Source of the DNA: Prochlorococcus marinus subsp. pastoris str. CCMP1986 | Lineage (GTDB): Bacteria; Cyanobacteriota; Cyanobacteriia; PCC-6307; Cyanobiaceae | NCBI RefSeq assembly: GCF_000011465.1 | Contig: NC_005072.1 | Location: forward strand, 390,001 to 422,000 | Length of the DNA stretch: 32,000 nt | Direction of reading: 5' to 3' | Part shown: positions 19,270 through 29,516 of the stretch, in pieces | Position numbering within the stretch: the stretch's first letter is position 1 | How the letters are laid out: each line of letters starts with the position of its first letter | Notes under the pieces: generated by a model | What the model saw: the letters and a program-made list of their open reading frames with translations, nothing else | The model's database searches: none | What the model was told of the DNA's origin: nothing | Position numbers and translations under genes: made by a program

Positions 19270-20037
19270 ATGGTAGCTCTTCGTTTAATTCCTTGTTTAG
19301 ATGTAGCTAATGGAAGGGTAGTTAAAGGTGTTAATTTTGTAAACCTTAGAGACTCTGGTGACCCTGTCGAATTAGCTTGTAAATACTCAGAAGCAGGAGC
19401 GGATGAATTAGTATTTTTAGATATAAGAGCTAGTGTGGAAAATAGAAAAACATTAGTTGATCTGGTCTCTAGAACAGCGAAATCAGTTAAAATTCCATTT
19501 ACTGTTGGTGGTGGCATAAATTCGATCAACTCAATTAATGATCTTTTAAGAGCAGGAGCAGATAAAGTAAGTTTAAATTCTTCTGCAGTAAAAAATCCAG
19601 ACATCATTTCCAAAAGCTCTACGAATTTTGGAACACAATGTATAGTTATTGCTATTGATGCAAGAAAAAAAATTACTAAATATAATGAATGGGAAGTTTA
19701 TGTTAAGGGTGGACGAGAGAATACTGGTTTAGATGTAATAAGTTGGGCAAAAAAAGTTGAGGAATTAGGTGCTGGAGAAATTTTATTAACTTCAATGGAT
19801 GGTGATGGGACACAAAATGGATACGACTTATTATTGACTCAAACAGTTGCAAATGCAGTTAATATTCCTGTGATTGCTTCTGGGGGTGCAGGCTCAGTAG
19901 AAGATATTTATGATGTTTTTACCAAAGGTAAAGCCTCTGCAGCACTTTTAGCATCTTTACTTCATGATAAAAAACTTACTATAGATGAAATAAAATCTTT
20001 TCTTATTGAAAAGAAACTACCAATAAGACCTAATTAA
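19270..20037 (+). CDS. hisF: Imidazole glycerol phosphate synthase subunit HisF
   Basis: [36 protein letters not shown]; [20 protein letters not shown]; [18 protein letters not shown]. Confidence 0.98.
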   Translation: MVALRLIPCLDVANGRVVKGVNFVNLRDSGDPVELACKYSEAGADELVFLDIRASVENRKTLVDLVSRTAKSVKIPFTVGGGINSINSINDLLRAGADKVSLNSSAVKNPDIISKSSTNFGTQCIVIAIDARKKITKYNEWEVYVKGGRENTGLDVISWAKKVEELGAGEILLTSMDGDGTQNGYDLLLTQTVANAVNIPVIASGGAGSVEDIYDVFTKGKASAALLASLLHDKKLTIDEIKSFLIEKKLPIRPN

Positions 20038-20073
20038 AAAAAATAATTTATCATTAATTAAAAATATTTAAAT

Positions 20074-20775
20074 ATGCGATATAAAAAAACTAATGAGGTT
20101 AAAAGTATTTTTAATAATATTTCTTGTAGTTATGACTTTTTAAATAGTTTGCTTAGTCTGGGATTACACAAATATTGGAAAAAGACATTAGTTGATTTAT
20201 TAAAACCAATTAATGGGGAAAATTGGGCTGATTTATGTTGTGGAACTGGGGATCTATCATTTTTAATTTTTAAAAAAGTTAGGCCCAATGGAAGTGTTAC
20301 TGGAATAGATAGTGCAAAAGAAATTTTAAATATTGCAAAGGAAAAGTCGAAATTGATTGAAAATAAATTTATCTCTTGGGAGATGCAAGATATCTTAGAA
20401 ATAGATGAAGATTTAAAAAATTATGATGGAATTTGTATGTCTTATGGTTTAAGAAATTTAGTCAATGTAGAGGAAGGACTAAAAAAAGTCTTTAATCTTT
20501 TAAGTGATACGGGTAGAGCTGGGTTTCTTGACTTTAATCATTCTAAATTTAATTCTATAGCTGATTTGTTTCAAAAAATATATTTAAGATTTGTTGTGGT
20601 CCCAATTTCAAAAATTTTTAGATTAAGTAAAGAATATTCTTATATTGAAAAAAGTATAAAAAATTTTCCAAAGGGAAACGAACTTATGCTAATTGCAAAA
20701 GGAGTAGGGTTTAAGAAAGTTGAATATAGGACTATTTTTTTCAATCAAATGGGAATATTAATATTAGAAAAATAA
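20074..20775 (+). CDS. ubiE: UbiE/MenG-family (demethyl)phylloquinone/menaquinone methyltransferase
   Basis: VKSIFNNISCSYDFLNSLLSLGLHKYWKK, WADLCCGTGDLSFLI, SYGLRNLVNVEEGLKKVF, GRAGFLDFNHSK. Confidence 0.9.
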   Translation: MRYKKTNEVKSIFNNISCSYDFLNSLLSLGLHKYWKKTLVDLLKPINGENWADLCCGTGDLSFLIFKKVRPNGSVTGIDSAKEILNIAKEKSKLIENKFISWEMQDILEIDEDLKNYDGICMSYGLRNLVNVEEGLKKVFNLLSDTGRAGFLDFNHSKFNSIADLFQKIYLRFVVVPISKIFRLSKEYSYIEKSIKNFPKGNELMLIAKGVGFKKVEYRTIFFNQMGILILEK

Positions 20776-20783
20776 AATTCATC

Positions 20784-21266
20784 TTAATTATTTTTTCTCC
20801 AACAAAAAGTACATTTCCCCCATCTTGATATCTCACCTTCTGGTGCAGGACTATTGCATATTTTGCAAATAACCATATTATTATTCTTTATTCTGCTCGG
20901 ATGATTTTCCCAGACTGTTTTTGCATTGATCTCTTTTTTATCTAAGCTTTTGACTTCATAATTTTGAATTATCTTTATTTCATTTAAATTTATTCCAAAT
21001 CCGCTAATACTCTCCTTTAATCTATGTTTGTTATAAATTAGTGCCTGCCTCCATTGTGGATTATTTACAGCAATAATAAGAGTCTTGTGTTCAATTTTTA
21101 AGGGCTTACATGCTTTAGATAATTCCAGACCAGTTAACTTTTCCCAATTCTCATTTAGTTTGGATAGTTTATCTAAGTCTTTCCATGATTTTTTGAAATT
21201 ATCAATACAATTTCGCATTGATGATGGATATCTTTTATTCAATATTGGTAAATATCTTTTATTCAA
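20784..21266 (-). CDS. DUF721 (DciA-like) protein with C-terminal zinc ribbon
   Basis: LTGLELSKACKPLKIEHKTLIIAVNNPQWRQALIYNKHRLKESI followed by VICKICNSPAPEGEISRWGKCTFCW. Confidence 0.7.
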   Translation of the reverse strand: MNKRYLPILNKRYPSSMRNCIDNFKKSWKDLDKLSKLNENWEKLTGLELSKACKPLKIEHKTLIIAVNNPQWRQALIYNKHRLKESISGFGINLNEIKIIQNYEVKSLDKKEINAKTVWENHPSRIKNNNMVICKICNSPAPEGEISRWGKCTFCWRKNN

Positions 21267-21341
21267 TTGATATAATTAGAGTTATAGGAGTTAAGATAAT
21301 TTAATCTTGTCAAGATTGCCTGTTTTTTATATTAAGGATTT

Positions 21342-22091
21342 GTGAAAGTTTTAGGATCAGTAGCTAAGACCACATATTACTACAAAAAAATCCAAGGAGT
21401 TTATCCTAATTGGAAACTTCAATACAAATTAAAATGTAAAAGTACTGAATACGAACTAACAAATTGGCTCCAAGATTCTCCAATCAAAAGATATAAACCA
21501 AGAGCAATAGTAGCTAAAGAACAATTTTTAGGAACAGGTCAGAATTCAAGACGATGGATTTCTCCTAAAGGAGGAATATGGCTAAGTGCGGCTTATCCAA
21601 TTTTTACCTCAAAATTTTCAAGTGAGATATTTAGTCTTTCATTCGCAATTAAGTTATGTGAAATGTTGAATAAGGAATCTATAAAAGTCGATTTAAAATG
21701 GCCAAATGATATTTTTTTTAATTCAAAAAAATTAATTGGATTTTTACCCAGAGTGATAACAAGAGGGAAAGAAATTATCTATTTAAGGATAGGTATCGGC
21801 ATGAATTTTTTAAATAAAACTCCATTAGAGGGCATTGCTTTATCTGAAATACTTAATACCAAAAATATATGCGAATATTATTGGACTGCAAAAATACTTA
21901 AAACTATTCATGAGTCAGTCGAATGTAATGATAAAAAAGAATATATTATTAAAAATGCAAATAGATATCTTACAAAAAAACATTTACCTAGAGGTTATAA
22001 CTCAAAAGATTGGGCAATAAAAGAAGTAGACAATAATGGCAATTTGAGAATTTATAACGGAATCCAAGAAAAAATATTAACGAGGTTTTAA
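21342..22091 (+). CDS. birA: Biotin--[acetyl-CoA-carboxylase] ligase
   Basis: AKEQFLGTGQNSRRWISPKGGIWLSAAYP, VDLKWPNDIFFNSKKLIGFLPR, IGIGMNFLN. Confidence 0.88.
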   Translation: MKVLGSVAKTTYYYKKIQGVYPNWKLQYKLKCKSTEYELTNWLQDSPIKRYKPRAIVAKEQFLGTGQNSRRWISPKGGIWLSAAYPIFTSKFSSEIFSLSFAIKLCEMLNKESIKVDLKWPNDIFFNSKKLIGFLPRVITRGKEIIYLRIGIGMNFLNKTPLEGIALSEILNTKNICEYYWTAKILKTIHESVECNDKKEYIIKNANRYLTKKHLPRGYNSKDWAIKEVDNNGNLRIYNGIQEKILTRF

Positions 22092-22093
22092 AT

Positions 22094-22780
22094 TTATTTA
22101 ATTTTTAATTCAATTAATTTTCCATCTTTAAATCTTGCTATTTTTTTTGCCCGACTTGCAACTTCATCTTCGTGAGTAACTAAAACTATAGTTATACCTG
22201 ATTCATGAAGTTTATCAAAAAGGTCTAATACATCTTCTGTCGTCTTTGAATCTAAAGCGCCAGTGGGTTCATCGGCTAATAAAATTGCAGGATTATTGAT
22301 AATTGCTCTCGCAATAGCTACACGTTGTTGTTGCCCTCCTGATAATTGATTAGGACGATTATTTACTCTTTCAGAAAGTCCAACTTTGTCTAATGCATTT
22401 TTTGCTCGTTTTTCTCTTTCTATAGGATCTACCCCTGCATAAATCATCGGTAAAAGAACATTTTCTAGTGCTGTAGCGTCTGAGAGAAGGTGGAATTGTT
22501 GGAAAACGAATCCTAATTTTTGGTTTCTTAACTCAGCTAATTCATCATCAGATAAATTTTCAACAGGAGTTCCATTTAATTTATAAACACCTTGAGATGG
22601 TCTGTCTAGACAGCCAATAATGTTCATTGCGGTACTCTTACCTGAACCACTTGCGCCCATAACAGCCAAATAGTCCCCTTTATAAATTTCTAAATTCACA
22701 TTATCTAAGGCTTTTACGATAAGTTCATCTTTGCCATACATTTTTGATACTTTTTCTAAGGTCGCAACTTTTTTAGTCAT
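22094..22780 (-). CDS. ABC transporter ATP-binding protein, DevA/LolD/MacB type
   Basis: AVMGASGSGKSTAMNIIGCLDRPSQGVY, NQLSGGQQQRVAIARAI, LLADEPTGALDSKT. Confidence 0.93.
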   Translation of the reverse strand: MTKKVATLEKVSKMYGKDELIVKALDNVNLEIYKGDYLAVMGASGSGKSTAMNIIGCLDRPSQGVYKLNGTPVENLSDDELAELRNQKLGFVFQQFHLLSDATALENVLLPMIYAGVDPIEREKRAKNALDKVGLSERVNNRPNQLSGGQQQRVAIARAIINNPAILLADEPTGALDSKTTEDVLDLFDKLHESGITIVLVTHEDEVASRAKKIARFKDGKLIELKIK

Positions 22781-22794
22781 TTATTAATACTCCT

Positions 22795-24315
22795 TTAAAG
22801 AACATTATTTGTTATCGCTAATATATTCTGTAAAAAAGGAGTTTCTGATACTGCTGAATTAGCTAATTTGAAAAGAGGGTTAGAAAGTATTCCTCCTAAA
22901 GCTGTAACAGCTATGCAAGTATATAATGCAATTCTAAGTGGAGGTAATCCAATGATATTCCAGTTGATCTCAGGATAAGATTTAACTATTTCAGAAGCTT
23001 CTTGTGGTTCTTTAACTACCATCATTTTTATAACCGAGATGTAGTAATAAATTGAAATTACTGAAGTTATTAATCCGACTACTACCAAAAGGTATTGATG
23101 GTTAGCCCAACCTGCAAAAAACAAATATATTTTCCCGAAAAAACCTAACATAGGCGGAAGCCCACCAAGAGAAAGAAGACATAGGCTTAGACCCAAAGTA
23201 ATTAAAGGATCTTTTTGATAAAGGCCTGAATAATCTGTAATTCTATCTGATCCAGTTCGGAGTGAAAAAAGTATTACACATGAAAAAGCCCCTAGATTCA
23301 TAAACAAATATGCAGCTAAATATAAAACAGCTGATGAAAGTCCATCTTGTGTTCCAGATACTATGCCAATCATTACAAATCCCGCTTGACCAATTGAACT
23401 GTAAGCCAACATTCTTTTCATTGAGGTTTGGGCCAATGCCACAATATTTCCTAGGGCCATACTCAAGATTGCTAAAATTGTAAATAATAGTTTCCATTGT
23501 TCATCGAAGGAGGAAAAAGTAGTGCTTAAAATTCTTATTGCAAAAGCAAATCCCGCAGTCTTAGATCCAACAGATAAAAAAGCTACTACAGGTGTGGGGG
23601 ATCCTTCATAAACATCAGGTGTCCACTGATGAAAAGGAACTGCAGCAATCTTGAAAGCAACAGTTGATAAGACAAATACTAGAGATAAGGATGTAATAAA
23701 TGATGGTTTATTTATTATCTCTACTCCAATTGTTGATAAGTTTGTGGAACCACTAAGACCATAAAGGAATGAGGATCCATATAAATAAACAGCAGCAGCA
23801 GCTGATCCAACAAGTAGATATTTTAAAGCGGCCTCTGAACTCCTAGGATCTCTCTTGAGATAACCAGAAAGACAATAACTAGCTACTGATAAAGTCTCTA
23901 AAGATATAAATACACTAACAAGGTCAGTAGATCCACACAAAAGCATGGCTCCTAAAGTTGCCGATAAGACTATTGCAGCGAATTCACCAATTGGACTCCC
24001 ACTCTGTTCTGTATAACGCCAACTAATTAGTAAAGAAATCAGAGTTGATAGTGCAATGATTGATCTAAAGGCAATAGCTAAATTATCTGAATTAAAAGAG
24101 CCAAGGAATGCACTGTTTACAGGGTTACTCCACTGTAAAGCGAGACTTATAAGAGAACTGCCTAATGAAATGTAACAAATTACTGGTGCCCACCTTGAGG
24201 CAGTTTTTTCGCCAGCAAGATCGACAAGAAGAGTTCCAACAATACCAAGCAAAATGAAAGCTTCTGGAATAATTGCTTGAGCATTTAAATTAATTGTAAA
24301 GATTTCGTTGGGCAC
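22795..24315 (-). CDS. ndhB: NAD(P)H-quinone oxidoreductase subunit 2 (NdhB)
   Basis: SSVSLLL-type multi-TM protein with [79 protein letters not shown]. Confidence 0.95.
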   Translation of the reverse strand: MPNEIFTINLNAQAIIPEAFILLGIVGTLLVDLAGEKTASRWAPVICYISLGSSLISLALQWSNPVNSAFLGSFNSDNLAIAFRSIIALSTLISLLISWRYTEQSGSPIGEFAAIVLSATLGAMLLCGSTDLVSVFISLETLSVASYCLSGYLKRDPRSSEAALKYLLVGSAAAAVYLYGSSFLYGLSGSTNLSTIGVEIINKPSFITSLSLVFVLSTVAFKIAAVPFHQWTPDVYEGSPTPVVAFLSVGSKTAGFAFAIRILSTTFSSFDEQWKLLFTILAILSMALGNIVALAQTSMKRMLAYSSIGQAGFVMIGIVSGTQDGLSSAVLYLAAYLFMNLGAFSCVILFSLRTGSDRITDYSGLYQKDPLITLGLSLCLLSLGGLPPMLGFFGKIYLFFAGWANHQYLLVVVGLITSVISIYYYISVIKMMVVKEPQEASEIVKSYPEINWNIIGLPPLRIALYTCIAVTALGGILSNPLFKLANSAVSETPFLQNILAITNNVL

Positions 24316-24483
24316 TTAATTAAATTGAATGTTTGATTGTAAGGATGTAAGAGTTAAACTTACTTGATTATAATTTGTGGGTATGAGTTTTGAAAATCTC
24401 GAGCAATATTGCTTGAAGAAGTTTCAATTAATCATAATATGCCCTAATTGATTAAAAAAACACTAATTTTATCGAAATAGACC

Positions 24484-27096
24484 TTGGATCACACACTTGT
24501 TATTGTTGAAAGTCCCACAAAGGCAAAAACTATAAGAAGGTTTTTGCCCCCTAATTATGAAGTTCTTGCTTCCATGGGACATGTAAGAGATCTTCCCAAA
24601 GGAGCAGCTGAAATTCCTGCATCAGTTAAAAAAGAGAAATGGTCAAGAATAGGTGTAAACACTACAGAAGATTTTGAACCACTTTATATCGTCCCAAAGG
24701 AAAAGAAGAAGGTCGTTAAAGATTTAAAAAATGCTTTAAAAGATGCTACTCAATTGCTATTGGCAACTGATGAAGATAGGGAAGGAGAAAGTATAAGTTG
24801 GCACTTAATGCAAATTCTTAAACCGAAAATCCCAACTAAGCGAATGGTTTTTCATGAAATCACTAAAAAGGCAATTAATAAGGCATTAGATGAGACCAGA
24901 GAAATTGATATGGAATTAGTTCAAGCTCAAGAAACTAGAAGAATTCTTGATAGGCTTTTTGGGTATGAACTTTCTCCATTACTTTGGAAAAAAGTAGCTC
25001 CCAGACTATCTGCTGGCCGTGTTCAGTCTGTTTCAGTAAGATTGCTTGTTAACAAGGAAAGAGAAAGGAGAGCGTTTAAAAAAGCCTCTTACTGGGGATT
25101 AAAAGCCACTTTGCTTAAAGATAATATTTCTTTTGAATCTAAGTTATTTAGTCTAAATGCCCAGAAAATCTCTAACGGTTCTGATTTTGATGAAAAGACA
25201 GGTAACTTAAAAAAAGGTAATAAATCTTTAATCTTGAACGAAGACAGAGCAAAGAGTCTTCTCAAAACTTTATCTAAGGAAAAGTGGAAAGTCTTAAGAG
25301 TAGAAAAAAAACCAACAATTAGGAAGCCTGTTCCACCTTTTACTACTAGTACTTTGCAACAGGAAGCTAATCGAAAACTTCGACTATCTGCAAGAGAAAC
25401 AATGAGATGCGCTCAAGGCTTATATGAGAAAGGTTTTATTACATATATGAGAACTGATTCAGTACATCTTTCTGAACAAGCGATTAGAGCGGCGAGAGAA
25501 TGTGTAAATTCAAAATATGGGAAAGAATATTTATCAAGCTCAGCTCGTCAATTTAATTCAAATGCTAGGAATGCTCAAGAAGCACATGAAGCTATCAGGC
25601 CGGCTGGAGAAGTATTTAAAACTCCAAATGATACAGACTTGTCAGGAAGAGATCTCTCTTTATATGAATTAATTTGGAAAAGAACTGTTGCCAGTCAAAT
25701 GGCGGAAGCAAAATTAACAATGATTAATGCTGAAATAGAAGTTGGGGAAGGATTATTTAAGTCAAGCGGAAAAAGTATTGATTTTGCAGGTTTTTTTAGA
25801 GCTTATGTAGAAGGTAGTGATGATCCAAGCGCATCACTAGAACAGCAAGAAGTCATTCTTCCTGATTTAACTCAAGGGTCTGTTCTAGAAGTTGATAGCA
25901 AAGAGGCTACTTATCATGAAACCAAATCACCAGCTAGATATACTGAGGCTGCATTAGTCAAAGTTTTAGAAAAAGAGGGAATAGGAAGACCTTCTACTTA
26001 TGCAAGTATTATTGGAACAATTGTAGATAGGGGCTATGCAAATATTTCTTCAAATTCCTTGTCGCCTACATTCACAGCTTTTGCTGTTACGGCATTATTA
26101 GAGGAACACTTTCCTGATCTTGTTGATACTACATTTACGGCAAAAATGGAATCTTCATTGGACGAAATTTCTTCAGGTAATCTTGAGTGGCTTCCATATT
26201 TAGAAACTTTTTATAAAGGTAAAAATGGTCTTGAGGTAAAAGTTCAGAAAACTGAGGGTGATATTGATGGAAAAGCATACAGACAAGTTGATTTTGATGA
26301 CTTACCTTGCGTAGTCAGAATTGGTTCTAATGGCCCATGGCTTGAAGGGGTAAAAATAGATGAATCAGGAAATGAAATACAGGCAAAAGGTAATCTCCCT
26401 ATGGATATTACTCCTGGAGATTTAGATAAAAAGAAAGTTGATCAAATTCTTAGTGGCCCCTCAGATCTAGGAACTGATCCAAAAACTGGAGAGCAAGTAT
26501 TTTTAAGATTCGGCCCTTATGGACCTTACGTTCAATTAGGAAATACTGAAGAAGACAAAGCGAAGCCAAGAAGAGCCTCTTTACCAAAAGAGTTAAAAAC
26601 TGATGACTTAACTTTATTGGAAGCACTAGAACTATTAAGCTTACCAAAATTGTTAGGAGAACATCCAGAAGGTGGAATTGTTGAGGCAGATAGGGGAAGA
26701 TTTGGTCCATATATTAAATGGATAAAAAATGAAGATGAGTCTGAAAATAGATCTTTAAAAAAAGAAGATGATGTTTTTAAGGTTGATCTTAAGCGCGCAT
26801 TAGAAATCCTCGCGATGCCAAAATTAGGTAGAGGAGGACAAGAAGTAATAAAGGATTTCGGAAAACCTAAAGAGTTAAAAGATAAAATTCAGATTTTAAA
26901 TGGAAGATATGGACTATATATAAAGTGTGGAAAAACAAACGTTTCTTTACCTAAAGATACTGATTTAGAAAAATTTACACTTGATAATGCTTTGGTTTTA
27001 TTAGAAGAGAAAATGAAAGATAAAAATAGCTCTGTTTTCAAAAAAAATAAAGTAATTAGTAAAAAGACCTTAAAGAATAAAAAAAGTAAAAAATAA
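24484..27096 (+). CDS. topA: DNA topoisomerase I
   Basis: LVIVESPTKAKTIRRFLP, ATDEDREGESISWHL, LDRLFGYELSPLLWKKVAPRLSAGRVQSV, FITYMRTDSVHLSE, GIGRPSTYASIIGTI. Confidence 0.97.
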   Translation: MDHTLVIVESPTKAKTIRRFLPPNYEVLASMGHVRDLPKGAAEIPASVKKEKWSRIGVNTTEDFEPLYIVPKEKKKVVKDLKNALKDATQLLLATDEDREGESISWHLMQILKPKIPTKRMVFHEITKKAINKALDETREIDMELVQAQETRRILDRLFGYELSPLLWKKVAPRLSAGRVQSVSVRLLVNKERERRAFKKASYWGLKATLLKDNISFESKLFSLNAQKISNGSDFDEKTGNLKKGNKSLILNEDRAKSLLKTLSKEKWKVLRVEKKPTIRKPVPPFTTSTLQQEANRKLRLSARETMRCAQGLYEKGFITYMRTDSVHLSEQAIRAARECVNSKYGKEYLSSSARQFNSNARNAQEAHEAIRPAGEVFKTPNDTDLSGRDLSLYELIWKRTVASQMAEAKLTMINAEIEVGEGLFKSSGKSIDFAGFFRAYVEGSDDPSASLEQQEVILPDLTQGSVLEVDSKEATYHETKSPARYTEAALVKVLEKEGIGRPSTYASIIGTIVDRGYANISSNSLSPTFTAFAVTALLEEHFPDLVDTTFTAKMESSLDEISSGNLEWLPYLETFYKGKNGLEVKVQKTEGDIDGKAYRQVDFDDLPCVVRIGSNGPWLEGVKIDESGNEIQAKGNLPMDITPGDLDKKKVDQILSGPSDLGTDPKTGEQVFLRFGPYGPYVQLGNTEEDKAKPRRASLPKELKTDDLTLLEALELLSLPKLLGEHPEGGIVEADRGRFGPYIKWIKNEDESENRSLKKEDDVFKVDLKRALEILAMPKLGRGGQEVIKDFGKPKELKDKIQILNGRYGLYIKCGKTNVSLPKDTDLEKFTLDNALVLLEEKMKDKNSSVFKKNKVISKKTLKNKKSKK

Positions 27097-27098
27097 AT

Positions 27099-27683
27099 AT
27101 GGGTTTTATAAAAAATAAATTATTTATTTTTATTATCTTAATTTTATTACAATCTTGTTCTGGAGGAAGAATTGGAAATTTTTTTGAGTCTAGTTTTAAA
27201 AATATTGAAGAGACAAAAATAAAAGAAGATGTCAAAAATAATTTAAAGAATAAGATTGTTATTAAATCTGGGGGGATTGTGGAAAAAAACAAAAATATTG
27301 AAGAGACAAAAATAAAAGAAGATGTCAAAAATAATTTAAAGAATAAGATTGTTATTAAATCTGGGGGGATTGTGGAAAAAAACAAAAATATTGAAGAGAC
27401 AAAAATAAAAGAAGATGTCAAAAATAATTTAAAGAATAAGGTTTTAAAAATGTCTGAGAAGAAATCAAAAAATAACAAAAAAATTTCTGATAAAAATATA
27501 TCTCCTAAAAAAATAATATTTCAGCCTAAATCATACAAAATTATTTTTATTTTAAAAGATGTAGATCCAAAAGATCCCACTGAAGATTTAAGGGCCATTT
27601 TAAGAAATTCTGATGTAAATTTTGAAATAGAAAAGATTGAACGTTATTTTGATACAAAAAATAAAACTATAAAAAGTAATTAA
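27099..27683 (+). CDS. Hypothetical lipoprotein with internal 31-aa tandem repeat
   Basis: N-terminal MGFIKNKLFIFIILILLQSCSGG (signal + lipobox); NIEETKIKEDVKNNLKNKIVIKSGGIVEKNK repeated in frame. Confidence 0.65.
   Translation: MGFIKNKLFIFIILILLQSCSGGRIGNFFESSFKNIEETKIKEDVKNNLKNKIVIKSGGIVEKNKNIEETKIKEDVKNNLKNKIVIKSGGIVEKNKNIEETKIKEDVKNNLKNKVLKMSEKKSKNNKKISDKNISPKKIIFQPKSYKIIFILKDVDPKDPTEDLRAILRNSDVNFEIEKIERYFDTKNKTIKSN
27198..27440. repeat. 93-bp direct tandem repeat, about 2.6 identical copies
   Basis: aatattgaagagacaaaaataaaag... starts at 27201, 27294 and 27387 (period 93); copies read identical until divergence after 27440. Confidence 0.95.
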
Positions 27684-27705
27684 ATATTTATACAAAAAAT
27701 TTCAA

Positions 27706-28344
27706 ATGAAACTTTCACAAAAAAATGAGGCACTTAACATAATTGAACCAGCATATTTAGCCTCTCTCTCTTCATTACTTTGGATCGCTTTATATTACTT
27801 ACCTATTGGAGGTGCATTGTTGAGATTAATATTACCTCTTCCTATAATCTTGTTGCATTTGAGGAGAGGAACTAAAACTGCATTTGAAGGTCTCATAATA
27901 CAATTTCTTTTGTTATTGATACTTATGGGTCCAATTAGAGGAACTTTATTTTTATTCCCATATGGGATATTAGCTTTTTGGCTAGGCTGGTCTTGGTTTA
28001 TGAAAAAAAATTGGTGGCTTAGTTGGTGTGGAGGTTTTATTCTTGGGACACTCGGTTTTTTTATAAGGGTATTCGCCTTATCAACCTTAGTTGGGGATAA
28101 TCTTTGGATAATAATTACAAGGGCAAGTTATGGTCTTATAGATAAATTTATTGAACTATTTAATTTGCCTTTATCACCTTCGATCAGAATTATTCAATTA
28201 GTTGCAATATTATTAATCATTTTTCAAGAAATGGTCTATGTTTTAACCATACATATACTCGCATATTCTCTTTTCCCTAGATTAAATTCAAATATTCCTG
28301 ATCCTCCAAAAATAATTAATGGATTTGTTGATTTAGGTCTTTGA
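27706..28344 (+). CDS. DUF2232-like multi-spanning membrane protein
   Basis: 212 aa with several hydrophobic helices: GALLRLILPLPIILLHLRRGTKTAFEGLIIQFLLLLILMGPIRGTLFLFPYGILAFWLG. Confidence 0.7.
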   Translation: MKLSQKNEALNIIEPAYLASLSSLLWIALYYLPIGGALLRLILPLPIILLHLRRGTKTAFEGLIIQFLLLLILMGPIRGTLFLFPYGILAFWLGWSWFMKKNWWLSWCGGFILGTLGFFIRVFALSTLVGDNLWIIITRASYGLIDKFIELFNLPLSPSIRIIQLVAILLIIFQEMVYVLTIHILAYSLFPRLNSNIPDPPKIINGFVDLGL

Positions 28345-28358
28345 TATAAAGTTAAATA

Positions 28359-29516
28359 ATGCAGAAATCGTATTTAGGAATAAAGTTATTTGGAAGTAAA
28401 GGAAATCAAAAACTATTTTTTGAAAAAGTAGATGCTCTTCAAAAAGAAATTAATAATTTTATTTTCTATCTTGTGATTGCAGGAACAGAAACATCTCAAA
28501 TTCAAGGTATATCGGCAGCAGGAATTGATTCAAAAGCCAGAAGGAGAACTGCCTTGGCAGATGCTGAGTTCCTTCTTTTTGGTGCCTATAAAGATCATAA
28601 ATATAAGTTACCCTTTTTAAATTCTGGAGTAACTCCTGCATTAATAAGCTATGTATGTAAGAAACTTATATGCGCAAGTCAAATAGTTGTTCCTATAGGA
28701 ATAAAAGAAAAACCTTACTTTAGTCATTTAACTGTAGAAAATTATTTAGCAGGTCCAGCTAAATGCTTGACTACGGGAAAATCTATGAATAAAGAGAGAG
28801 TTTTGAGTCTTTACAAAAAAGGATTAGAAATTGGAAAATCCACGAAACAACCTATATTCATTTCAGAATCTGTACCAGGAGGAACTACAACTGCTCAGGC
28901 AGTAATGGAAGCTTTTGGCTTAAATGTAAATAATTTAATAGGAAGTAGTTTAATTAATGCTCCTAGGGCCTTAAAAACAAAAGTAATTAAAGCTGGTCTT
29001 TTAAAAGCAAATCTAAAAAATAATTTTGATTCTTTAGATGTTATTTCTTCAGTGGGAGATCCATTTCAAGCTTTCTCTCTGGGACTATTGATTGGAGCAA
29101 GATTAGCTAAGCAATCTGTTGTATTATCTGGAGGTAGCCAAATGTTAGCTGTAATTTTACTTGCGTTGGAATTTATTGACTCTACAGAAAAACAGGAATT
29201 CATTGATTTAGTTTTTATAGCCACTACAGGATGGTTGGTTAAAGATAATTCATTGGGTGATTTATTAGACTTAATAACTGAAAAACACAATGTAAACTTA
29301 TTAGGATTAGCAAGTCCTTTGAATTTCAAATCATCTAAATTTAAAGAATTGAGTGATTATGAAATAGGTTATGTAAAAGAGGGGGTTGGTGCTGGTGGGA
29401 TGTCAATTCTTGCTTTTCTTAAGGGTTTTAGTAATGAAGAAATAGTTTCAAGCTGTCAAGTTAATCTTGAAAGAATGAAGGATTTAGGTCAAATCTCCAT
29501 AAATAAGGATTGTTAA
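28359..29516 (+). CDS. CobT-like nicotinate-nucleotide phosphoribosyltransferase family (TIGR00303-type)
   Basis: FYLVIAGTETSQIQGISAAG, VPGGTTTAQAVMEAFG, SVGDPFQAFSLGLLIGARLAKQSVVLSGGSQMLAVILLAL, GVGAGGMSILAFLKG. Confidence 0.8.
   Translation: MQKSYLGIKLFGSKGNQKLFFEKVDALQKEINNFIFYLVIAGTETSQIQGISAAGIDSKARRRTALADAEFLLFGAYKDHKYKLPFLNSGVTPALISYVCKKLICASQIVVPIGIKEKPYFSHLTVENYLAGPAKCLTTGKSMNKERVLSLYKKGLEIGKSTKQPIFISESVPGGTTTAQAVMEAFGLNVNNLIGSSLINAPRALKTKVIKAGLLKANLKNNFDSLDVISSVGDPFQAFSLGLLIGARLAKQSVVLSGGSQMLAVILLALEFIDSTEKQEFIDLVFIATTGWLVKDNSLGDLLDLITEKHNVNLLGLASPLNFKSSKFKELSDYEIGYVKEGVGAGGMSILAFLKGFSNEEIVSSCQVNLERMKDLGQISINKDC

Noticed and set aside
27056-27478. 140-aa minus-strand ORF through the tandem repeat
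   Set aside because: It is open only because the 93-bp period is a multiple of three. The product is low-complexity Phe/Ile antisense of the lipoprotein gene.
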